NCBI GenBank assembly: GCA_963666365.2
Contig: CAXXNF010000001.1
Span: forward strand, 1,376,001 to 1,440,000
Reading direction: 5' to 3'
Length of the DNA: 64,000 nt
DNA from: Syntrophales bacterium
GTDB taxonomy: Bacteria; Desulfobacterota; Syntrophia; Syntrophales; UBA2210
Shown: piece by piece, positions 40,624 to 48,991 of the stretch
How the letters are laid out: every line of letters starts with the position of its first letter
How positions within the stretch are numbered: the first letter of the stretch is position 1
Position numbers and translations under genes: made by a program
Notes under the pieces: generated by a model
What the model was told of the DNA's origin: nothing
Seen by the model: only the letters and a program-made list of their open reading frames with translations
The model's database searches: none

Positions 40624-41259
40624 ATGAAACAACATATCCTGTTCGCTGTGCTCATGCTGACGGTGCTTATGGCGCCCGTGGCAGGGTGGAGCGATTATAT
40701 TATTCACCTGAAAAACGGGGGCCGGCTTACGACCCCTCACTATTGGCGGGAAGGCGGGGAAACCCTGTTGTACACCGACGGCTGCGTCGTGGGAATGGAA
40801 ACGCGCGCCATCCGGCGGATTGAAAAAACGGAGGAAGTGTTCCGGCGCACACCGCCCGTGCCGGCGCCGGTATCCGTCCCTGAAGCGGTGAAAGAAAGTG
40901 CCGATGCAGAAAAGGGTGAACAAAGTGGCGAGAAACCCGCAAAAGAAGAACGGCTGGACATCGAGGCCTATCAGAAAAAAATGGAGGCGCTGAAAGCGCG
41001 GTTGAACAGCACGCTGCCCCGCATCAGGGAGGCGGCGCTCGCCAGGGACGAGGAGGCGCTCAAGGCGGCGCGGGAGGAAAACCGCACGATTTCAGACGAA
41101 ATGCAACGGCTTACGGAGGAGCTCAAGGAGAAAAACAAAGGGCAGCTTCCCGCCGGATGGTGGCAGGGGATAGGAGCAACGGAACCTGCTGTAAAAAATA
41201 AGACGTACTCCCGTCACAACGACGAAATCTTTGCACACATCCCTTTTCTGTTGAGCTGA
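40624..41259 (+). CDS. Exported protein of unknown function (paralog 2)
   Basis: Signal peptide; LKNGG..T..YW.EGGE, DI.AY.KK, NKGQLPAGWW shared with paralog 1. Confidence 0.75.
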   Translation: MKQHILFAVLMLTVLMAPVAGWSDYIIHLKNGGRLTTPHYWREGGETLLYTDGCVVGMETRAIRRIEKTEEVFRRTPPVPAPVSVPEAVKESADAEKGEQSGEKPAKEERLDIEAYQKKMEALKARLNSTLPRIREAALARDEEALKAAREENRTISDEMQRLTEELKEKNKGQLPAGWWQGIGATEPAVKNKTYSRHNDEIFAHIPFLLS

Positions 41260-41364
41260 ACGTGACCCGGAATTCAGAACGTGCTTGGAAAAAACTGGAT
41301 ACCTGCCGGACTTGATCCGGGATCTGCCGGTATGGCGACATTGATGATTCTATAAGGTTCTGCA
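41229..41364. repeat. Degenerate copy of a palindromic miniature element (sister of 48305-48444)
   Basis: Colinear blocks CTTTGCA, GTGACCCGGAAT, CTGGATACC, GCCGGTATG, ATTGATGATT, GTTCTGCA. Confidence 0.8.
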
Positions 41365-41385
41365 CACCAGATCGCACGACGGCTT

Positions 41386-42471
41386 CTATAACACGTCCCG
41401 CCAGGCCGTCGGCGTGGTTCTGGTGAGAGCGTTAATATTGGCAAGATTTGCCAGTGCTTCGGAACTGAAGAATAGATCGACGGTGCCTGTCACATCGATC
41501 GTTTTACTTGAATGGCCGATGGTGATGACGGAACCGAACACATTGCCTGTGCCGCTGCCCCTCATTTCACCGGTGCCCCGCATGATGATAAGCCCTTCAA
41601 AGGTGAAGGTGCCGTTGAGCCTCAGTTCACCGCCGTCGTCAACAATAATGATGCCCGCATAGTGGCCGTTGCCGTTGAGTGTCGAACCGCTGGGAATCAC
41701 CGTGACGGCCGGGTTGGTCCGCGTGCCGAAGGTGGTCTGGTAGAGGTTGTTCGCCAGCACATAATCCACGAAGGCAGTCCATGACGCCTCAGTATTTACG
41801 CCTCCCCCGACCTGCCTTGTGGGACTGCCGCCCAGATGAGCGGACTCATTGCCGTTGATGGTTGGGGACATGACCGTGTACAGTCCCGTGGTGGCGCCGG
41901 TAGCATGGGGCGAGGTGTTGCATCCGCTTCCGGTACAGGGGTTTGATGTCGGAATAGGGTAGTCATGGCCGTCGATATTAAAGCCGCCGCCGCCGCCCGT
42001 TTTAAAATCTACTTGCGGGTTGCCGCCGTACATAGCCACGGCGCCGTCCGCGCCCTGGGGGTAGAGGGGTGTCCTCTGGAAATATGCTTCAATAGTCCTT
42101 GACGCACTATTGGCGGCTGTGCCGGTCATTTGAAACCGGTACGTGCCTGCCGACACATAGTGCAGCGTGACTGACGTATTGAAGTTATAACCCGTGGGAC
42201 AGCTTACGGTAATTGTCGTTGTCGGCGTGCCGGCGGAGGGAAGGGTCACTGCGTTGGTGCTGAGGTAGTTGAAGACCTGCGCCATACCCGCCTCGGCATT
42301 GTAGAGGGCTACACGGCTCTGCCGGTAATTACCCGATATTTTGATGTCCGTCGAGGTCTGGAGGATGGCCGTCGTTCCCAGGGCCATGAGCACGGCTACC
42401 AGGAGCACCACGGTGAGCAACACCATGCCCCGCTGGTTCGATGGGATGGTATGTGAAGGCAATTTGTTCAT
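41386..42471 (-). CDS. PilX-like minor pilin with extended C-terminal domain
   Basis: NQRG/MVLLTVV prepilin site without Glu5; ALYNAEAG PilX motif. Confidence 0.85.
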   Translation of the reverse strand: MNKLPSHTIPSNQRGMVLLTVVLLVAVLMALGTTAILQTSTDIKISGNYRQSRVALYNAEAGMAQVFNYLSTNAVTLPSAGTPTTTITVSCPTGYNFNTSVTLHYVSAGTYRFQMTGTAANSASRTIEAYFQRTPLYPQGADGAVAMYGGNPQVDFKTGGGGGFNIDGHDYPIPTSNPCTGSGCNTSPHATGATTGLYTVMSPTINGNESAHLGGSPTRQVGGGVNTEASWTAFVDYVLANNLYQTTFGTRTNPAVTVIPSGSTLNGNGHYAGIIIVDDGGELRLNGTFTFEGLIIMRGTGEMRGSGTGNVFGSVITIGHSSKTIDVTGTVDLFFSSEALANLANINALTRTTPTAWRDVL

Positions 42472-42493
42472 GGGATTTCCTCTCGATGTTCCA

Positions 42494-43702
42494 TCATGGC
42501 ACCGTCGCAGAGTCCGATCCCCCGGTATACCCGGCTTTTGACGCCGTGACCGTAACAGTGCATGTGCCGCTCATCTTGCTCGACGTCACGGCGCAGTCGC
42601 TTCCGATGCCACAATCCGAACTGCTGCCGCCCCCGTAGTCGCCACCGCCCTTGTCTGAGAGTGTGCCGCTCGTTCCTCCGATGCTCCAGGTGACGGTGCA
42701 CCCCGCCACGGCGCTTCCGTCTGTTGCGCTGGTGACGGTGGCCTTCATGTATACATAATTATTGCCGGTATTTTTCTTGCAGGCGGTGAGCGCCACATTC
42801 AGCGCGGGCGGCGCCAGGGTTGTGGTAGTCGTACTCGTGGTGGTTGTGGTTGTGGTCGTCGTACTTGTGGTGGTGGATTCTTCTGTCGTCGTGGTCGCTC
42901 CCGCCCCGTCGGTCGTGGTGGTTGTGGTGGTGGTAGTCGTTACCGCCTCTGTTGTGGTCGTCGGTGTCACTGTGGTTGTGGTGGTAGGCGCAGTCGTGGT
43001 CGTGGTGGTGGGCGCCGTCGTGGTCGTGGTGGTGGCCGCTGTTGTGGTGGTTGACGAGGTGGTCGTGGTAGTGGTCGTCGATGATGGTGCCGCCGACAGT
43101 GCGAGATTGCGGCAGACGACCGTGGTGTCAAGGGTGTAGCGGCGATAGTGGTCACTGTGAACCGGGTGGGTATAGCGGGGATCGGGTTCGCCTGTCCGGC
43201 CTGTCAGTGATATGGTGATCGTCGCGATCGCATCATAGGTAATGGTCAGACCGTCCATGTTCTCAACCACCGGCTGGATGGAGCCGCTGTCAACCCTTCG
43301 TCCGAGGTTCGGCACGCCGCTGCTGCTGTAGATTTCGTAGACTACTTTCTTCGGGGCGGTGCCTTCGATGTAATAGAAGGTGATGCGATCATGATTCGTG
43401 GAAACGGTTTCGACGGTTATCACATTTTCACCGAGGGCTGTCAGAGAAGCAGCCAGCGTGCCGGTGGGGTCGAACCCGGCCATGCGGATTTCCCGCACCA
43501 TCATGTCCATGCCGGCCCGTACGTTCTGCTGCAGTTCCGCCACCTGGTCTTCTACGTTCAGGGATCGGTGCTGGACGGTGAAGACGCCGAACATGGCGGC
43601 GAGGAGAATCGCCCCTACCGCAAGGGCGATGACCAGTTCCATGAGCGAAAAGCCGCCTTCGTCAGGCCCGAAAACTCTTGTTGCACTAGCCGTGATTCGC
43701 AT
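42494..43702 (-). CDS. PilW-like minor pilin fused to a Thr-rich stalk and Cys-containing beta domain
   Basis: G/FSLMEL prepilin motif; QQNVRAGMD...EIRMAGF; poly-Thr tract. Confidence 0.85.
   Translation of the reverse strand: MRITASATRVFGPDEGGFSLMELVIALAVGAILLAAMFGVFTVQHRSLNVEDQVAELQQNVRAGMDMMVREIRMAGFDPTGTLAASLTALGENVITVETVSTNHDRITFYYIEGTAPKKVVYEIYSSSGVPNLGRRVDSGSIQPVVENMDGLTITYDAIATITISLTGRTGEPDPRYTHPVHSDHYRRYTLDTTVVCRNLALSAAPSSTTTTTTTSSTTTTAATTTTTTAPTTTTTTAPTTTTTVTPTTTTEAVTTTTTTTTTTDGAGATTTTEESTTTSTTTTTTTTTSTTTTTLAPPALNVALTACKKNTGNNYVYMKATVTSATDGSAVAGCTVTWSIGGTSGTLSDKGGGDYGGGSSSDCGIGSDCAVTSSKMSGTCTVTVTASKAGYTGGSDSATVP
42818..43085 (-). repeat. Low-complexity Thr-codon tract in pilW
   Basis: About 90 codons, mostly ACN (GTN/GGT on the + strand), with mixed synonymous codons. 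Confidence 0.9.
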
Positions 43703-43715
43703 GCTCACTCCCGCG

Positions 43716-44090
43716 TTACTGTGACCGCAGCGTTGAGAGGGTGACGGTGCGCGTCCCATTCCAGGGGAACGTGACGGTCACCACGATCGTTGCCATATCC
43801 GTCGCGGGTGAGTCCGGCGTGACGGTCCAGGTCCGCTGGAAACCCGCCGACGGGGTGTCGTTTCCGGACGTCATACTCGCATAGGACATGCCCTTGAGCT
43901 CCTCCATCTTGTCCTGGGCAAGGGTGGTCGCCTGGGTCATCCGGTTGCTGAAGGAGTTTCCCTTTATCACGGTGGTCGTCACCGCCGCCGTCCCCAGGAG
44001 GGCCGTTACCAGAAGAAACATGGCGATGAGCACCTCCACCAGGGTAAACCCATTGCTGCGTATCTCTTGTTGAGTAGCGTTCATCTTCAT
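43716..44090 (-). CDS. PilV-like minor pilin
   Basis: G/FTLVEVLIAM; ATTLAQDKMEEL; FQRTWTV. Confidence 0.85.
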   Translation of the reverse strand: MKMNATQQEIRSNGFTLVEVLIAMFLLVTALLGTAAVTTTVIKGNSFSNRMTQATTLAQDKMEELKGMSYASMTSGNDTPSAGFQRTWTVTPDSPATDMATIVVTVTFPWNGTRTVTLSTLRSQ

Positions 44091-44094
44091 ATGC

Positions 44095-44526
44095 TCACTC
44101 GATGCGCGCCCGTCCCACCATGGACACGATGACGCGGCGGGTGCCGCTCGGGTTCGTGAGGGTCACCGTGCCCGACGCGGCAACGGTGCCGTTTGTTTGA
44201 AACAGGAAATCCTGGTTGCTCGACATCGATACGTCGACGTATTCATCCCGTATATTGCGGGATCTGTTCACTGCGCTCGTGTCGGTGCGAATAATGCTGT
44301 AACTGTTCCCGGTAAAATCCACCTTAAAGGTCACGTTTTCGCTCGCCGCCAGCCCCCGGGCGTACATGAGGTCGGTCATGACCAGCCGGGCCGCGCCGCT
44401 GAGGCGGTTTTTCGTCATGTACGTCTGAAAGTTGGGCGCCGCGATCAACGCCATGATGCCGGCAAGGGCAAGCACGATCATCAGTTCAATAAGAGTAAAC
44501 CCCGGGTTATTTTTCCCTTTTACCAT
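44095..44526 (-). CDS. FimT/FimU (GspH-like) minor pilin
   Basis: G/FTLIELMIVL; IAAPNF; DL.YAR..A; C-terminal GRARI. Confidence 0.85.
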   Translation of the reverse strand: MVKGKNNPGFTLIELMIVLALAGIMALIAAPNFQTYMTKNRLSGAARLVMTDLMYARGLAASENVTFKVDFTGNSYSIIRTDTSAVNRSRNIRDEYVDVSMSSNQDFLFQTNGTVAASGTVTLTNPSGTRRVIVSMVGRARIE

Positions 44527-44749
44527 TGTTCCTGCTCTCACGAAAACCGATTAATGCGAGTCTATCATATGGAAATCGTTAAATCTATATAAAATAATGC
44601 GGCTCACTCACCTTTATGACGGCAACGCTTACGTACCTGCTCATGGTTCACACTATAGAACATCGACGGGAAAAGGGCAATGCCGTGGATCACCGCGACG
44701 ATGTGAAATGGCACACACCTGTGGCGAAGAATCGTGTCGGCGCCTGAGA

Positions 44750-45076
44750 TCAGGGATAGGATGCCTCGACCGTGGTATATATACCGCCCCGGACATTGAA
44801 ATTCCCGGTAACGAGGACCCGTTTCGGTTGAACTGCAGCAATAAAATCATCCAGGATCCGGTTGACCGCTTCTTCGTGAAAGATCCCTTCAGTGCGATAG
44901 GAATTAAGGTAGATCTTGAGTGATTTCAACTCAATCAACCGTTCCAGGGGGACATATTCAATGATGATCTCGGCAAAATCCGGCTGAGACGTCATGGGGC
45001 ACAGGCAGGTAAACTCCGGAAATCTGATGCGGATCTCGTAGTCCCGTTCCCTGAATTTGTTTTCTATTGTTTCCAT
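44750..45076 (-). CDS. queF: NADPH-dependent preQ0 reductase, short type I
   Basis: PEFTCLCP..SQPDFA, ELKSLKIYL, FHEE, FNVRGGI. Confidence 0.92.
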   Translation of the reverse strand: METIENKFRERDYEIRIRFPEFTCLCPMTSQPDFAEIIIEYVPLERLIELKSLKIYLNSYRTEGIFHEEAVNRILDDFIAAVQPKRVLVTGNFNVRGGIYTTVEASYP

Positions 45077-45271
45077 ACTCCCTCACAGAGTGCGTGTGAA
45101 TTGAATATTTGGGTACACTATGCGACTTTCCTGTTGAAAGATGCATATAAATGAGGTTTAAAGGAATATCACCCGGCGGTGAGAGGTGTCAATTGATTTT
45201 TGCTCGCTTTATCCTTGACAGGCGTTGAGGCCGATGTTAGGCCGGTGCAATGGTGAAAAGACAGAGTTGTT

Positions 45272-45922
45272 ATGGATGATTTGTTTCTGAAAGAGCGGGA
45301 AGCCTTCCTTTCGAAGGCCGCCTCCGATATCGAAATCGGTGAATACCGTCACGCAAGAGAGTGCGCCGAGGAGCGCCTCAGTCGTTTCCCCGGCGATGTG
45401 GATGCGTGGATCGTCTGTGCCGCCTGTGCGGTGCGGGAGGGAAGATTTGCGGAGGCCCACACTATATTACAGGACCTGGATTCCATCCTGCCGGGATGGC
45501 CCCAGATTCAGGAGTGTCTCGGCGATATGTTCACACAGAGGGGAATGAAGGCCGAGGCGCAGGAGTGTTATTACAAGGCGTTGCACCCCGATGAGACGCT
45601 GCGGAAGCGGATCGCACTCAAGGCGGCGGAGGGCGGCGATACCGCCGAGGAAAAAGGCGAGGGAGGTCCTGTCTGCGGGAAAAGCGGGGTTACCCGCGAT
45701 TTTCACACTATCGCCCTGGCCGATCTTTACCTCGATCAGGGCGATATCGAACGGGCCCATGATGTGGTGGAAAAAATCCTGAAGGACGACCCCGCCAACA
45801 GGGAAGCGGATCGAAGAATGAAACGGATAGACGCGTTGAGAATGTCAGGGAATGCCGCGGTCATCCGGAAACTGGCTCAATGGCTTACACGGCTGGAGCG
45901 TGCAAAGGAACTCCATGGGTAA
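45272..45922 (+). CDS. Tetratricopeptide repeat protein
   Basis: TPR-like helices; T.ALADLY..QG motif; L..WL C-terminus. Confidence 0.75.
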   Translation: MDDLFLKEREAFLSKAASDIEIGEYRHARECAEERLSRFPGDVDAWIVCAACAVREGRFAEAHTILQDLDSILPGWPQIQECLGDMFTQRGMKAEAQECYYKALHPDETLRKRIALKAAEGGDTAEEKGEGGPVCGKSGVTRDFHTIALADLYLDQGDIERAHDVVEKILKDDPANREADRRMKRIDALRMSGNAAVIRKLAQWLTRLERAKELHG

Positions 45923-46997
45923 GGCGCCTGTTCCGTACACAAGAATTGAAAAACTCCGAGCGCAGCTTCAATCGTTCGGCGTTGAAGGAGTTCTTTTTTT
46001 TGACCTTTCCAATATCCGTTATCTTACCGGTTTTACCGGCAGCGAAGGGGCGCTTTTCCTGGGAAGGGATCGCCTGGCCCTTATGGTGGATGGGCGCTAT
46101 ACGACACAGGCGGGGCGGGAGTCGCCCCATGCCGACATTGTGCCCGTGACCGATAAGCTCGAAGGGATCACGGATCTTCTTACTGCCGAAGGAGTCGGGT
46201 CTGTCGCTTTTGAATCGTCGATTCTTACCTATGACGGATATACGATTCTTCATAATCGTCTCCCTTCCGTGGAGTTGCTTCCCCTCTCTTCTCAGCTCAG
46301 CGAACTGAGGGCGGTTAAGGATGAAGAGGAAGTCGGGCTTATAACCGCGGCTGCGGGGATTGCAGCCCGGGCCCTGCGAAAAACTCTTGAGGGTCTTGTC
46401 CCGGGGATTCGCGAAAGAGAAATTGCCGCTTCATTGGAAGCGGCGATGCTTCGGGAGGGCAGTGAAAAACCCGCCTTCGAGACGATAGTGGCCTCCGGAG
46501 AGAATGCGGCCCTCCCTCATGCCCATCCGGGCGATCGGGCGCTCCGAAGCGGCGATTTCGTGGTGATCGATTACGGCGCCGTCTATGGGGGATACCATTC
46601 CGATGAAACCTGTACCATTGCCCTTGGTGCATTGTCGTCGGAACAGGAAAAGGTCTATACCATCGTAAAAAGCGCCCACGACAGGGCACTGGAGGCAGTG
46701 AGGCCCGGCGCTCTTGCCCGGGAAATAGACGGTATTGCCCGCCGTTACATAGATGATGCCGGCTATGGTTCCTGCTTTTCCCACGGCACCGGTCACGGTG
46801 TCGGACTTGCCGTGCATGAAGCGCCGGTACTTTCTCCTCGAAGCCGATCGGTGCTGGAAGAGGGGATGATCATTACGGTGGAGCCGGGCGTGTATATTCC
46901 CGGATCATGGGGAATCAGGATCGAAGATATGATCCTTGTGACCGCCGGGGGCTGCAGAATTTTAACAGAAATGCCGAAGCATCTGGTGATATTATAA
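45915..46997 (+). CDS. Xaa-Pro aminopeptidase (M24)
   Basis: NIRYLTGFTGS, DGRY, HGTGHGVG..VHE, TVEPG, GIRIED. Confidence 0.93.
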   Translation: MGKAPVPYTRIEKLRAQLQSFGVEGVLFFDLSNIRYLTGFTGSEGALFLGRDRLALMVDGRYTTQAGRESPHADIVPVTDKLEGITDLLTAEGVGSVAFESSILTYDGYTILHNRLPSVELLPLSSQLSELRAVKDEEEVGLITAAAGIAARALRKTLEGLVPGIREREIAASLEAAMLREGSEKPAFETIVASGENAALPHAHPGDRALRSGDFVVIDYGAVYGGYHSDETCTIALGALSSEQEKVYTIVKSAHDRALEAVRPGALAREIDGIARRYIDDAGYGSCFSHGTGHGVGLAVHEAPVLSPRSRSVLEEGMIITVEPGVYIPGSWGIRIEDMILVTAGGCRILTEMPKHLVIL

Positions 46998-47011
46998 GGG
47001 AGGTTGTTTCT

Positions 47012-47410
47012 ATGGCCGCGTTTCCGGATGATTTGCTGTACACTCGAGAACATACCTGGGCGCGGGTGGAGGACACGATAGTGACGATCGGAATTACCGA
47101 TTACGCCCAGGAAAATCTGGGCGAGATTGTCTCTATCGAACTTTACCCCGCCGACGCCTCGGTCAAACAGGGGGAACCCTTCGGCGTCATTGAGTCGGAC
47201 AAGGCGTCGGCGGAGCTTATCTCTCCGGTCTCCGGAGACATTATAAGCGTAAACGACGATCTCTATGACGATGTGGGGATACTTGAGTGCGATCATTACG
47301 ATACGGGATGGATGATCGCCGTCGATGTTCGCGACCTCAGTGAACTGGACAATCTGCTCGATGCGGAAGAATACGAGGATTTTGTCAGCCAGGACGTAGA
47401 CGAGGATTAG
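47012..47410 (+). CDS. gcvH: Glycine cleavage H-like lipoyl carrier
   Basis: YTREHTW, IGITDYAQ..LG, IESDKA (lipoyl Lys), SPVSG. Confidence 0.92.
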   Translation: MAAFPDDLLYTREHTWARVEDTIVTIGITDYAQENLGEIVSIELYPADASVKQGEPFGVIESDKASAELISPVSGDIISVNDDLYDDVGILECDHYDTGWMIAVDVRDLSELDNLLDAEEYEDFVSQDVDED

Positions 47411-47415
47411 TCCCG

Positions 47416-48225
47416 GTGAATCCATGGAGGTGCATCCCCTTTGAGCGCTTGAGCTGCTTTGAAAATATGGCCATAGATGAGGCGATTCTCCGTAATGGCC
47501 GGGTGCATGAAGGGGTTCCGACACTCAGGTTCTACGGGTGGGTGCGACCGTCGGTGACCCTCGGGTATTTTCAGGATATGGCGAAAGAGGTGGATCTGGG
47601 TTTTTGCAGAGCGCAGAACATCGATGTCGTCCGGAGACCCACGGGAGGGAAAGCGGTCTATCACGATGCCGATGTGACCTATTCGGTAGTGGCGCGTGAA
47701 CGGGACGAAGGCTTCTCATCCGACATCATAGAGACTTACCGGGTTATCAGCGCCTGTCTGCTGAAGGGACTTAAAAAGCTGGGAATCGAGGCCGCACTTG
47801 TTGAAGAGGGAAGAACACATCTTTCATCCGCCGGAGAGGCGTTCTGTTTCTCCGTGCCCTTCAAAAATGAACTGCTGGTGAAGGGCGGAAAAATCTGCGG
47901 GAGCGCTCAGATGCGTTCGCAGGGCCTTTTTTTGCAGCATGGCTCGATACTGATCGATTTGGACCTGCAGCGGGTGGCACAGGTAATGGGTGGGGGCGCT
48001 GAAATGATCGAGTCGATGAGGCGGTCCGTGACCGCTCTGAACAACCATACCGCTCATCCCGTTTCTGAAGGGCGCCTCGTCGAGGCATTGCGGCAGGCCT
48101 TTGAGGAGGAGATGGGGGCGCCTGTCCGCGAGGATGCGCTGACGGCAGCCGAATGTGCTCTGAAAGATTCTCTCTTGACAGGGAAATATCTGACCGATCG
48201 GTGGAATATGAAAGGAAAGGGATAA
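47416..48225 (+). CDS. Lipoate-protein ligase / octanoyltransferase (LipM/LplA family)
   Basis: NMAIDEA, LRFYGW, RRPTGGKAVYH, KICGSAQ, LQHGS. Confidence 0.9.
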   Translation: MNPWRCIPFERLSCFENMAIDEAILRNGRVHEGVPTLRFYGWVRPSVTLGYFQDMAKEVDLGFCRAQNIDVVRRPTGGKAVYHDADVTYSVVARERDEGFSSDIIETYRVISACLLKGLKKLGIEAALVEEGRTHLSSAGEAFCFSVPFKNELLVKGGKICGSAQMRSQGLFLQHGSILIDLDLQRVAQVMGGGAEMIESMRRSVTALNNHTAHPVSEGRLVEALRQAFEEEMGAPVREDALTAAECALKDSLLTGKYLTDRWNMKGKG

Positions 48226-48304
48226 CCCAGTTTTTTGTTGTTACGAAGAAAAAAATAGTGTATAGGGACACACTGTTCCCCGAGGGATATCGATACTGAC
48301 TTCC

Positions 48305-48444
48305 CTTCGCAGAACCGGTGGCCTTTGCATCATTCCCTTACCTGTCATTCCGGGTGTGACCCGGAATCCAGAAAATGATTGAAAAGCTGGATACCGGCCT
48401 TCGCCGGTATGACGAAATTGATGATTGTATGAAGTTCTGCAAAG
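48305..48444. repeat. Nested palindromic miniature element (REP/MITE-like)
   Basis: Outer IR CTTCGCAGAAC/GTTCTGCAAAG; inner GTCAT-TCCGGG..CCCGGA-ATCCAG...CTGGAT-ACCGGC..GCCGGT-ATGAC (48344-48413). Confidence 0.85.
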
Positions 48445-48569
48445 CGTCTCAACCGGAGAGTGCCTGTGTGAGGGGCGTTGTTTCAGCGAAGGCAGGGAAT
48501 AAGAGAATTTGTGAAGGCGTTGGAAGACGCTGTTCTTCGGTAAGGAGAGTGATATAATTTAGCGAAAAC

Positions 48570-48619
48570 AGGGGTGGAAAGCGGCGCGTTACGTGGATGT
48601 GTCGTTCTGCCCCTTTTTT
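48570..48619 (+). terminator. GU-rich hairpin with U6 tail upstream of rpsU
   Basis: AGGGGTGGAA..CGGCGCGT pairs with ATGTGTCGTTCTGCCCCT, followed by a T run. Confidence 0.5.
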
Positions 48620-48737
48620 ATGTATGGCCGCTGATTCCTCTGCAGGTGACAAGGAGACGCAGCGGAGGGAACCTGGATTATTGTGTGAGAAGTAAGAACG
48701 CATACCACTAACCGTATATAAAAGAGGAGGAGTATAG

Positions 48738-48929
48738 TTGGAAGTAAAAGTTATAGACAACGATGTCGAGAAGGCGCTAAAAATTCTGAAAAACAAGCTT
48801 TCCAAAAACGGATTTTTCAAAGAGCTGAAATTGCGCAGGGCCTATGAAAAGCCGTCGGTGAAGAAAAAAAGAAAGGCCCTGGAGGCGCGCAGAAGAATGG
48901 CGAAGGCGGCCAGACGGCGCACGCGGTAG
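48738..48929 (+). CDS. rpsU: 30S ribosomal protein S21
   Basis: VEKALK.LK, YEKPSVKKKRK; GGAGG RBS, TTG start. Confidence 0.95.
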   Translation: MEVKVIDNDVEKALKILKNKLSKNGFFKELKLRRAYEKPSVKKKRKALEARRRMAKAARRRTR

Positions 48930-48991
48930 CAACAGGAGTTTTCACGTCAGCGATGATCGGATGAGCGCATATCCCGCGCACAGGAGAATCT

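Noticed and set aside
42762..43139. Poly-Val ORF on the + strand
   Set aside because: Reverse complement of the PilW Thr tract
44527..44749. Sigma54 promoter for the minor pilins
   Set aside because: Best minus-strand candidate has GG-N12-GC spacing rather than GG-N10-GC
45077..45271. preQ1 riboswitch upstream of queF
   Set aside because: No recognisable preQ1 stem-loop with A-rich tail on the minus strand
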